Below are positions 16,468-25,056 of a stretch of DNA of 37,189 bases, piece by piece. A program made the translations under genes and the position numbers. How positions within the stretch are numbered: the first letter of the stretch is position 1; each line of letters begins with the position of its first letter. The notes below the pieces were generated by a model. It did no database searches and was not told the DNA's origin. It saw nothing but the letters and a program-made list of their open reading frames with translations. This stretch comes from a virus (lineage: Duplodnaviria; Caudoviricetes), in IMG/VR virus record IMGVR_UViG_3300025353_000010, positions 1-37,189 of that record, one strand, 5' to 3'.

Positions 16468-17520
16468 TTAAACTCCCATATCTTTTTTATATTTAGCCCA
16501 TTTTGCATCAGACCAATTGGAAGGTTTTTCATATTTTTGACCACCAATAGTAACGCTTTCTTTTTTACCTTGACTTTTCTTTTCAGCAGGCTTAGCAGTT
16601 TCTTTAGAAGAAGGTTTATAAGTACGTTCTTCTGAACCTGTTAAAGGAACTTCCATACCTAAGAAAGTCTTTTTAGTTTTAGTAGTTGGAAAATCTCTAG
16701 CAACAATGTCATCACGAGCTTCATCAACAGCATCTTGAACACTGCTATAATCGCCAGGATTCTTTTTAAAGCGTTGACGACCTTCATTTTCAATCCGTGA
16801 AGCCACGGAAGAAAGTTGAGCAGTTGACATTGGTTTTAAATTACCAGAAGAATCAGGAACTTGAATGTCGCCTAGTTCTTCTTGTAAAGAAGTAGTTTGA
16901 CGTTTAATAGTTCCTTGCGTTGCTTCTTTAGCAGGTTTAACATTAGACTGACCTGAAGCAGATTTCTTTTCTCTATCTAGAAGACTTTGTTCTGCTATTT
17001 GGACTTTTCTTTCATTAAGCTGAGCTTGAATAACTTTAAGTTGAGCGTTAACATCTTGATTAGCTGTCAATCCCATACGTTTAAATTCTTCTTTCTTTTG
17101 AGCAAAAGGAATTTTATCGTTACGAAGGATGCTTTCAAAGAATTGTGATTCTTGTGTGTTTACACCAGCTACTTGATAAGCCTTGCGTAAATCATCTTCA
17201 TTATTAGCTGAACCAGCAAACTGAGAAGCTAATTCAAGTTTACCTTGAACAGTTTTTAATTGACTTAATTGCTGGTCAGCAGCACTTTTACCAAGTTCAC
17301 TAGCATCTTTTTGAAAGATATGAGCTACAGAACCTAAACCTTTTTGACCAGCTAATACAGCAGCTTTTTGATAAACTGCTTGTTGGTCTAAAGGAGTCAT
17401 TGTAGAAGCATCCGCACCTGCATAGGCTTCTTTTAAAATATTAGTCTCAGCAATATCAGTACCAATTGCTTTACCTACTTGTAAACCTGATACTAGAGCT
17501 TCGAAAGGGGATTGTGCCAT
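16468..17520 (-). CDS. putative DNA ejection protein
   Basis: Gln/Ala-rich coiled coil; synteny with the podovirus ejection cluster. Confidence 0.6.
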   Translation of the reverse strand: MAQSPFEALVSGLQVGKAIGTDIAETNILKEAYAGADASTMTPLDQQAVYQKAAVLAGQKGLGSVAHIFQKDASELGKSAADQQLSQLKTVQGKLELASQFAGSANNEDDLRKAYQVAGVNTQESQFFESILRNDKIPFAQKKEEFKRMGLTANQDVNAQLKVIQAQLNERKVQIAEQSLLDREKKSASGQSNVKPAKEATQGTIKRQTTSLQEELGDIQVPDSSGNLKPMSTAQLSSVASRIENEGRQRFKKNPGDYSSVQDAVDEARDDIVARDFPTTKTKKTFLGMEVPLTGSEERTYKPSSKETAKPAEKKSQGKKESVTIGGQKYEKPSNWSDAKWAKYKKDMGV

Positions 17521-17528
17521 GATTACCT

Positions 17529-18317
17529 TTAATGAATTAAGCTATAATCAACAGCTTTATAACCATTAGACAATGTTACAACAGCTTCTGGAATAATTTG
17601 TTCAGCTTCTTGAGCCATCACACCTGTAAATTTACCATGCCCTGCTACGTCTTTAAATTCACGTTTATATTCAAAAGTATAAATATTTAAACCACTAGGT
17701 AATTTATCAATTAATTTAATGTTTTCTTTTGCACGAATATCTGATAACATAAAAGCCTCGCCTAAGAAAGAACCGCCTCCTCCTAAAGCAGCAGCAGTAG
17801 AATCAACGGCTGCTGAGCCAAATAAACCAGAAGAATAAGCAGCATAACCGCCTAAAGCTGCAGTACCTAAACCAAGGGAAGCATTTTGTTGTTGAATTTG
17901 ATTGCTTAACGAAGCACTTCCTAAAGCACTTTGAGAAGACACAGCAGCAGCTCCGCTAGGAGTCTGTGAAGTAGCTCCAGACAATGTACCGTATTTGTTA
18001 TACAAGTCATTAAAGTAACTACTAAAAGTATTTTGACCTAAATTCTGAAGAGCAGCCGACTGTCCTCCAGATTGTAGTGTTCCTGCAGCAGCAGCACCAG
18101 CTTGCGAGACTCTAGTACCTTGTTGTAATGTTTGTTGATAACCAGGCATAGACATTGCTAAAGAAGGGTTATTCATCAAATTCATTAAACTTTGACCATA
18201 TTGAGTACGACCACCCATAGCACCAAAAGGGTCTGATACGCTTTGAGTTACAGGTGCTGGTGCAGAAACACCACCGCCACCACCGCCACCAAAAATTGAA
18301 CTTACTATGCCACCCAT
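17529..18317 (-). CDS. putative ejection protein (P22 gp7-like) with C-terminal peptidase S74 chaperone domain
   Basis: PGYQ..LQQG, AAAAGTLQSG and Gly/Ala-rich body; C-terminal SDIRAKENI, GVMAQE and VDYS. Confidence 0.7.
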   Translation of the reverse strand: MGGIVSSIFGGGGGGGVSAPAPVTQSVSDPFGAMGGRTQYGQSLMNLMNNPSLAMSMPGYQQTLQQGTRVSQAGAAAAGTLQSGGQSAALQNLGQNTFSSYFNDLYNKYGTLSGATSQTPSGAAAVSSQSALGSASLSNQIQQQNASLGLGTAALGGYAAYSSGLFGSAAVDSTAAALGGGGSFLGEAFMLSDIRAKENIKLIDKLPSGLNIYTFEYKREFKDVAGHGKFTGVMAQEAEQIIPEAVVTLSNGYKAVDYSLIH

Positions 18318-18326
18318 GATAACTCC

Positions 18327-18779
18327 TTAAATATATTTGCTAAATAGCTTTTCAACGAAACTGTATCCAAGGTATTCAAATAACTTAGAGTTATCTTGAT
18401 GTACTTTAGTTGAACACAGTATTTTATTTACATTCAGGCTTTTAAGATGCTGTTCAGCAAACTGAAACAGTTTAATGCCTGTCCTACCTTTTCTATGCTG
18501 TTTACGTAAGAAGTAAATATCTTCATAAGCAGTTAAACAAGTTTTAACATGTAAATGTCTAGATATAATATAGAGAATGTAACCAATTAATTCTCCATCT
18601 ATTCTACATGTCACAAGCTGAATCATTCCAGCATTGTCTAAATTTTTATATTGGTCCCAGTCAAGGTCTAATTCTTCACCAACGGCTATAGGACCTTCTA
18701 CTTCTTTATAATGCTCAGGATAGAGAATTGCTAATTCAGGAACTACATCTGAATATTTCTCTATCTGATATGTAATCAC
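18327..18779 (-). CDS. GNAT-fold acyltransferase-like protein
   Basis: LIGY, DIYFLRKQHRKGRTGIKLFQFAE (acyl-CoA motif A-like) and LFEYLGY. Confidence 0.8.
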   Translation of the reverse strand: MITYQIEKYSDVVPELAILYPEHYKEVEGPIAVGEELDLDWDQYKNLDNAGMIQLVTCRIDGELIGYILYIISRHLHVKTCLTAYEDIYFLRKQHRKGRTGIKLFQFAEQHLKSLNVNKILCSTKVHQDNSKLFEYLGYSFVEKLFSKYI

Positions 18780-18781
18780 TA

Positions 18782-20875
18782 TTATGTCCTATATTGTACT
18801 TGTGATGGCCCGTCTTGTTCTAATTCACCAATCTCAAAGTCTATTTCAGCAGCTAACAACCTTAAAGGAGTATTAGATAAACAAAGAAATTCCCATGCTC
18901 TTCTTCGTGCTTGTCCTGTTTGATAAATCTGAGAACGCTGAGCATTTAAATTAACTGTACGATAAGGAGACCAAGATTTATAATCATCATCTGTATGACG
19001 AATATTCATAATAGCTGCTTGTTTATCGCCTACAATCTCAACACGTTGATAGAACTTACGTTTAGTTGTTCCGCTATCTAATAAATCAGTTACTGAACGA
19101 TAATAAATAGGAGCACCAGCATCATCATATACATGGTCTGAAACAGTATATAAGTTACCATTGTCATCGTCTAATACGTAGTAAACACTGCCATTTCCTG
19201 CATAAAAACTAGGACGGAAATATTGTTCAGCATATATACCAGGAATGCCAGAATCAACATTTCCTTTAGCCCATAAAGTCCACTGAGTCCATACTTTTTC
19301 ATTAGCATCGTATACTATTGTAACATTTAAATCAGCTAATGTCAAGATATAAAATGTATGCCCATTAATACGTAAAGGGTAAGCTTTTACATCTTTTAAG
19401 GTACTATTCTGAATAATACGGTCAATATAAGGAGTAGAAATCTTAACAGGAGCTGTGCCAGCAATAGCATAAGCTGAAGGGCCTAAATCTTGAGAAGTAC
19501 CTAAAAAGAACACAGTATTTTCAATACTAACAATAGAGTTACCATTAGCGCATCCTATTTCAATTTTATAACTAGGAGCCAATGACAAAGGAGAACCTGG
19601 ATAATTACCAGCGTCATAAAAGAATTCTATCGAATATTGACCAAAGCTTAAAATATAGTTTAAATGCTTACAAATCCCTACTTGATTATCAGGGTCTGAT
19701 TCAGCAGTAATATAGTTTAAAGCGTTCCACGCTGTAGGATTGTTAGGGTCACAGGTGTAAATTTCACCATTAGGACTACCAATAACAGTATAGGTATCTA
19801 AATAAGGAGCACCAGGAACTAAAGGACCTGTAGGAAAACCATTTAAAGAAGCTAATGCAGTAGCGCCTGAACCCGTTGTATCGGTAAAGGTAAGGACAAT
19901 AGTATCTGAAGATGTGTATCCTGAACCACCGTTAGTAACTGTTACTGTCGTAATAACCCCAGTTTGCCATGTAGCTGTAGCAGCAGCTCCTGAACCTGCC
20001 CCGCCTGTAAAACTAATAGTAGGAGCAGCATTATAACCACTTCCTTCATTAGTTACTGTTATTGAATTTACTACACCAGCACTAATAGTAGCAACAGCTT
20101 TTGCTACAGTTCCTGAATAGGCAATAGTAGCTGTTCCGTCTGTGGCTGTTCCACTAGTAAAAGTAGGAGCTGTAACGCCTGTAACACCTCCTACAGTATA
20201 GGTATAAAGATTATTACCATAATAGACTTGTTGTCCTACAGTTACAGTTAAACCTGTAGACCATACAGTACCTATAATTACTGCAGGAGAAGAAGTAAAA
20301 CCTGAACCACCATTATTAATAGTAATAGCTGTTACAGAACTTCCTGAAGTAAGCACTGTGCCTGTAGCTGTTGTACCGCCTCCTGAGGGAGCTGAGAAGG
20401 TTACTGATGGGTTTGTATAACCTGAACCACCAGTTAACATTACTACAGAAAGAACATTATCATCTTTTACTTGAATAAAAGCACCAGTGTTAGCATTATA
20501 AGTATAACCATTTACTTGGTTTTGAACAAACAAATAAGTACTATTTAATGTAGGAGTAAAATAGCATTGTTGAACAACACCATCCACAGTACCTGTCATT
20601 GTTCCTATGGTGGTTACAGCATACGTAGTAGGGTCAATCTTGTAAAGTACGTTATTAATAGCAGCAAATAAAAAACCATTAAAGTAAACTAAACCTTGTC
20701 CTTGAGCAGAAGGTAAAGTAGGAGTAGTTGTAATCTGGGTTAAACCAGGACGTTTAACAAATTCACGTTTACCATTGCTTGTTTCAAAATAACCATTGAC
20801 ACACTTAGAGTCAGTGTTTAAAAAACCATCTCTGGTTTCAATAGGCTGAGATAAAGGTACTCTAATAATAGGCAT
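18782..20875 (-). CDS. tail nozzle / DNA stabilization protein (P22 gp10-like) with internal repeat insertion
   Basis: N-terminal VNGY..KRPGL, AESDPD, SIEFFY, IGCA, KIST and GHTFYILT motifs; GGSGY repeats in the middle. Confidence 0.8.
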   Translation of the reverse strand: MPIIRVPLSQPIETRDGFLNTDSKCVNGYFETSNGKREFVKRPGLTQITTTPTLPSAQGQGLVYFNGFLFAAINNVLYKIDPTTYAVTTIGTMTGTVDGVVQQCYFTPTLNSTYLFVQNQVNGYTYNANTGAFIQVKDDNVLSVVMLTGGSGYTNPSVTFSAPSGGGTTATGTVLTSGSSVTAITINNGGSGFTSSPAVIIGTVWSTGLTVTVGQQVYYGNNLYTYTVGGVTGVTAPTFTSGTATDGTATIAYSGTVAKAVATISAGVVNSITVTNEGSGYNAAPTISFTGGAGSGAAATATWQTGVITTVTVTNGGSGYTSSDTIVLTFTDTTGSGATALASLNGFPTGPLVPGAPYLDTYTVIGSPNGEIYTCDPNNPTAWNALNYITAESDPDNQVGICKHLNYILSFGQYSIEFFYDAGNYPGSPLSLAPSYKIEIGCANGNSIVSIENTVFFLGTSQDLGPSAYAIAGTAPVKISTPYIDRIIQNSTLKDVKAYPLRINGHTFYILTLADLNVTIVYDANEKVWTQWTLWAKGNVDSGIPGIYAEQYFRPSFYAGNGSVYYVLDDDNGNLYTVSDHVYDDAGAPIYYRSVTDLLDSGTTKRKFYQRVEIVGDKQAAIMNIRHTDDDYKSWSPYRTVNLNAQRSQIYQTGQARRRAWEFLCLSNTPLRLLAAEIDFEIGELEQDGPSQVQYRT

Positions 20876-20876
20876 A

Positions 20877-21626
20877 TTAGTTTGGTTGTCCGAAAGTCAA
20901 GTTAGACATGCGAAGGTCAGCTTGAAAGAATGTAGATACGCTCTCTACATCCCAATCTGTAAGCTGGTCACGGTATGTCTTAGCTCTTATTGCTATCTCT
21001 TGACGATGATTAGCTGGTACAGAATACTCGATAGCTAATTGGTCAGCTAAGTTCCATACTAAAGTGTTCATCCACTCCACAGGGAAGTTAGGAACAGAAG
21101 AACCATAGTTAATATCTTCAATTGGTTGTTGTGCTGTTAAGTGCATTTCATACTGGTAAGCAGCATTATAGTCAGGTGTTAAATAAACATGTAAATTACC
21201 AGAGTTCTGACGAATCTCATAGTAAATAGAGTTAGCAACACCAGTGCTAAATTTAGAACCTAAAGTATTGTATTCCTGTTGGCTAAGAAGCTGCATAGGA
21301 GTGTCGATATGAGGTGTTACAGTAATCTGACGTAACCATCCTTGAATAATCTTTAAAGGCTTAGGAGTATCTAAAGAAGTGTCAGGAACTTGAGATACAG
21401 GACCAATAGGATAAACAGTTTGATTGTTTATTAAAGGAAGTACCAGTTCATTTACTGTCCATAGTTTTAGACCTTCTGTCTGCATCTGCTTGACAAAAAG
21501 ATTTAAAGCTAAAGAAGCATTAGCTACTGTTTCTGAATCAGGAGTAGAACCTAGTTCTAATACACCTAGTTTACGAAGAGCTAGGGTAATAATCTGGTCA
21601 CGAGTAACACTAAAAACACTTGACAT
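20877..21626 (-). CDS. head-tail adaptor (P22 gp4-like)
   Basis: IITLALRKLGV, LNLFV and FPVEW..LVWNLADQLAIEY; precedes the gp10-like gene. Confidence 0.7.
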   Translation of the reverse strand: MSSVFSVTRDQIITLALRKLGVLELGSTPDSETVANASLALNLFVKQMQTEGLKLWTVNELVLPLINNQTVYPIGPVSQVPDTSLDTPKPLKIIQGWLRQITVTPHIDTPMQLLSQQEYNTLGSKFSTGVANSIYYEIRQNSGNLHVYLTPDYNAAYQYEMHLTAQQPIEDINYGSSVPNFPVEWMNTLVWNLADQLAIEYSVPANHRQEIAIRAKTYRDQLTDWDVESVSTFFQADLRMSNLTFGQPN

Positions 21627-21628
21627 AT

Positions 21629-21856
21629 TTAAGCTCCAAAAAGGACACGTAAGGCTTTGTCTAAGCCGATGGTTTGTGCAACAATGACCACTAGAGCACC
21701 AATTGCAATGTACTTAATCTGTGCTAAGTTCTTTTCAATCGAGTGCATTGTAGTACTTAAATCAATAGTAGTTTCACGCAACTCTTTAATATCTTCTGCA
21801 TGATTAGCTTGAGTTACTTCAAGACGTACTACTCTGGTTTCTAGTTGGTCGGACAT
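21629..21856 (-). CDS. small coiled-coil protein with C-terminal TM (XhlA/holin-like)
   Basis: RVVRLE coiled coil followed by IAIGALVVIVA. Confidence 0.6.
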   Translation of the reverse strand: MSDQLETRVVRLEVTQANHAEDIKELRETTIDLSTTMHSIEKNLAQIKYIAIGALVVIVAQTIGLDKALRVLFGA

Positions 21857-21860
21857 AGGA

Positions 21861-22019
21861 TTATTCTTGTGGTAAGGTTGGTTCTGCAGGAGGCGTAATC
21901 AACGCAGCCTGTTGTTGTAGTTTTGTATAGATTGGAGCAGCACCTGACTCAATAGGTAGGCGACCAATAGTTGCAATAATAAATGCTGCTTCGTTATCTT
22001 CTAATGTAAATGTTTTCAT
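21861..22019 (-). CDS. small hypothetical protein (52 aa; not in ORF track)
   Basis: Manual translation MKTFTLEDNEAAFIIATIGRLPIESGAAPIYTKLQQQAALITPPAEPTLPQE; AAGGA RBS. Confidence 0.75.
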   Translation of the reverse strand: MKTFTLEDNEAAFIIATIGRLPIESGAAPIYTKLQQQAALITPPAEPTLPQE

Positions 22020-22033
22020 ATCTATCCTTAAAC

Positions 22034-23821
22034 TTATAAGTTATTGGCTTTAATTGTATTTGCACCAATAGTTGTAATACCTCCACCAGTATTTTGAGAA
22101 GTATCATTAGAAGTAATAATATTATAATTTGCGGTATTATATTCTTGAATTGCAGCACCAGGCTCACCATAGAAATAATTACCTGTAATAATTACATGAG
22201 AAGTAGAACCTGATAAAGCAATACCGTTTCCATGATTATTAATATAGGTAGTATTTGACATAACCCCTCTAGTTACGTTAACTAATTGTGCGCCAGCACC
22301 TCCTGCATTAAATACTGTACCACCACTTATTTCTACATCGCTACAAGTATCAAAATAAATACCTTGAACACCTCCAGGATTTCTATTAGCTATTGTAATT
22401 TTAGGAGTATTAAAAGTTACTCTATCCGAATGATATCCATAAATATTATAAGAATAAGGAGCTAAAGGTTCAAAGTTATTTATAGTAATATCTGTTGCGT
22501 AAGAAACTTGTATTCCATAAAGTCCGTTTGCTTGGCAATTTGCAGAAAAATTAGAAATATTAATGTTTGCTATAGCTTTTCTATTTGATTCATCAGAAAT
22601 AATACAAGCACAGCTTCCTGCATTTCCACCAAGACTATTAGGTGAGCCGTTTACATTAGAAATGTTAATGTAGGAAATAGAACCAGACGCACTAGTAGAA
22701 TTGCAATAAATTCTAATAATTTGTGCCCATTGAGAAACTCCTTGAACATTTACAACATTAATATTTGATATTGGCAAGTCCCAAGTTGTAGCACCTGTTG
22801 GTTCAATATTAAAGGCAATAAAATCATCACCAGATGTTCCAACAACGTTAGACACTACTCCAAACTGACAGCCACCATAAAAATGTAAAAAATCTTCACC
22901 GCCATACAACAAAGAAGATGCTGTTGATTTATCTTCATATCCGCTATATACATTATCAATAATAAAATTAGTTAATGATATAAAAGATGTTTTAAAAGCA
23001 TAACCAGCACTATTACCATATACATCAAGGAATCTTAAACCATCTCCCATGTAAAAATAATCAACACCAGTCATAGAAACAAAAGGTGTTCCAGTATAAT
23101 TAAAAGAAACAGGAACTGTTCCGCTTGCTGTTGCTGCGGAAGAAATTACTACTGAATTAGTACCAATACTTACAATATGAGCACCATAAGGAATACCAGT
23201 ACCATATACAGACATATTAACGTATAAACCAGCAACAGAACTTAAACCACTAATTGTAGTAGAAGAACTTGTAGTTGTTCCTGTTAATGTAATTCCTGGA
23301 GCAGCTTTAAATTGTCCTTGACCACTAATACTAATATTTTTAGCACCTACTGCATTATTAAATAAACCACTGTTGTAACCACCAAAAATTGCTTGAGAAA
23401 GAAGCGTAGCACCTTTTTGAATAATAATACTAGTATTAGAATATACAGTTAAAGATGGTTGAGAACTTGATGGTTTTTTAAATAAATAATTACCAGGAGG
23501 AATAATTAAAGTACCTCCACCGTTAGTATGAATTTGATTTAATGCTGCTTGAAAAGCTGTTAAGTTATCAGTTGTTCCGTCACCTATAGCTCCAAAAGAC
23601 AATACAGAAAAAGAAGACTGTAAAGCATTTGTTAATGTAGATAAGACACCTCCGACACTAACAGCAGGATTAATTGGATTTGTTAACGTCGCTGCATAAG
23701 CGTTTAATTGAGATATGTTTGCAAAATCACCCAAACTAGGGATTTCTGCCAACTTTGAACTAATGGGTCTATTAACTGCACCTGTAGCATTTTGTTCAAA
23801 TTGTGGGACTAAAGTTGTCAT
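22034..23821 (-). CDS. tailspike, pectate-lyase-like beta-helix depolymerase
   Basis: SVLSFGAIGDGTTDNLTAFQAAL, LIIPPGNY, SGDDFIAF and Asn-rich beta-helix repeats. Confidence 0.85.
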   Translation of the reverse strand: MTTLVPQFEQNATGAVNRPISSKLAEIPSLGDFANISQLNAYAATLTNPINPAVSVGGVLSTLTNALQSSFSVLSFGAIGDGTTDNLTAFQAALNQIHTNGGGTLIIPPGNYLFKKPSSSQPSLTVYSNTSIIIQKGATLLSQAIFGGYNSGLFNNAVGAKNISISGQGQFKAAPGITLTGTTTSSSTTISGLSSVAGLYVNMSVYGTGIPYGAHIVSIGTNSVVISSAATASGTVPVSFNYTGTPFVSMTGVDYFYMGDGLRFLDVYGNSAGYAFKTSFISLTNFIIDNVYSGYEDKSTASSLLYGGEDFLHFYGGCQFGVVSNVVGTSGDDFIAFNIEPTGATTWDLPISNINVVNVQGVSQWAQIIRIYCNSTSASGSISYINISNVNGSPNSLGGNAGSCACIISDESNRKAIANINISNFSANCQANGLYGIQVSYATDITINNFEPLAPYSYNIYGYHSDRVTFNTPKITIANRNPGGVQGIYFDTCSDVEISGGTVFNAGGAGAQLVNVTRGVMSNTTYINNHGNGIALSGSTSHVIITGNYFYGEPGAAIQEYNTANYNIITSNDTSQNTGGGITTIGANTIKANNL

Positions 23822-23830
23822 AGTTAACCT

Positions 23831-25054
23831 TTAAGGATGCGATGCAACATAAGCATCAAATTTGTTTGATAATTCTTGTAATGCTTTTACTAAGTATACA
23901 TTAATAATAGAAGTATCGTAAGTATAAATTTGCCCTAATGTATCATCTGTTTCAGGGGATACAATCATAGCGTCTGGTATTGCTGTTCCTACGTTTTGAG
24001 CAAAAAACCCATACCTAGGGGTTCCTATTTGTTTTTCATTTTTATAATAAAAAGTTAATGGTTCTAATTTGTTAATTGCGTCTAAACCATCTGTAATATC
24101 ATTTACTTTATTTTTTAAACGTTCATCTGATATGTTAGGAACCCAAGTTGTGCCACCGCTAGTTAAATAAACACCAACAGCACTGGCATTGTAAACACGA
24201 TAAAAACCTGCATTAAACCAAAGACCTTCAAAACCTGAAGCATTTGTATAACAAGTACTATTAGTTCCGTTGGTAGTGGATATTCCAGAATTAAAAGTAG
24301 CTTTACCTGTCGCAGAACCTACGCTAGTTATTGCTGTTGCTCCGTTACCAACAATCCAATTTCCACTAGAATCAAACCTACCAACTTCAGCACTATTAGT
24401 ATAAAATACCATTGGATTTGTGCCAACACTAGTAATATAAGAAGCACCAGAAGTTGCGTTAATAAAGAAACGAGTTACACCAGCAGTTTGAATTTCAATA
24501 CCAGGATAATTACCAGCAGTTGCGTTGTTAATAGCAATACCATTAGTAACTGTTGTAGTAAATGAACCACCAACGCCTAAAGTTCCAGCTCCATTATATT
24601 GCAATCCAGAACTAGAACTAAACGCTCCTGTTCCATTACCATAAGGAACATATCCAGAAGTAAGAGATGTTATTCCTGTTCCTCCGCTTCCTACAGCTAG
24701 GGCAGTATTAAAAGTTGGAGCAAAAGTAAATGTATTTGCTTCGTCTAGTTTAGGAAAATCATTAAGACTTGCCCGAACTAAACGAAGAGACACTACAGCA
24801 CCTGAAGCAAAAGCAGTACCTGAAGTACCGTCTTGACCACGAGTAATAGTAAATGTTGTTCCTGATACTGCGGTAACTTTAACAATTTCAATAGTTGTTT
24901 GAGTAGCAGCATCGGCTAATGTGCAATAAAAATATTGTGAGCCAGTAGGAGATGGAAACGCACTCGCAGAAGTAACCGACATAGTTGTAGCTACGTTGGT
25001 TAAACTAGACGCTAAAGTAGTATTAGCGTTGTTTGCGAAAAGCATATTTGCCAT
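23831..25054 (-). CDS. tail fibre with C-terminal intramolecular chaperone (peptidase S74)
   Basis: GSGGTG fibre motifs; SDERLK, GFFAQ and LVKALQEL. Confidence 0.88.
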   Translation of the reverse strand: MANMLFANNANTTLASSLTNVATTMSVTSASAFPSPTGSQYFYCTLADAATQTTIEIVKVTAVSGTTFTITRGQDGTSGTAFASGAVVSLRLVRASLNDFPKLDEANTFTFAPTFNTALAVGSGGTGITSLTSGYVPYGNGTGAFSSSSGLQYNGAGTLGVGGSFTTTVTNGIAINNATAGNYPGIEIQTAGVTRFFINATSGASYITSVGTNPMVFYTNSAEVGRFDSSGNWIVGNGATAITSVGSATGKATFNSGISTTNGTNSTCYTNASGFEGLWFNAGFYRVYNASAVGVYLTSGGTTWVPNISDERLKNKVNDITDGLDAINKLEPLTFYYKNEKQIGTPRYGFFAQNVGTAIPDAMIVSPETDDTLGQIYTYDTSIINVYLVKALQELSNKFDAYVASHP

Positions 25055-25056
25055 AT

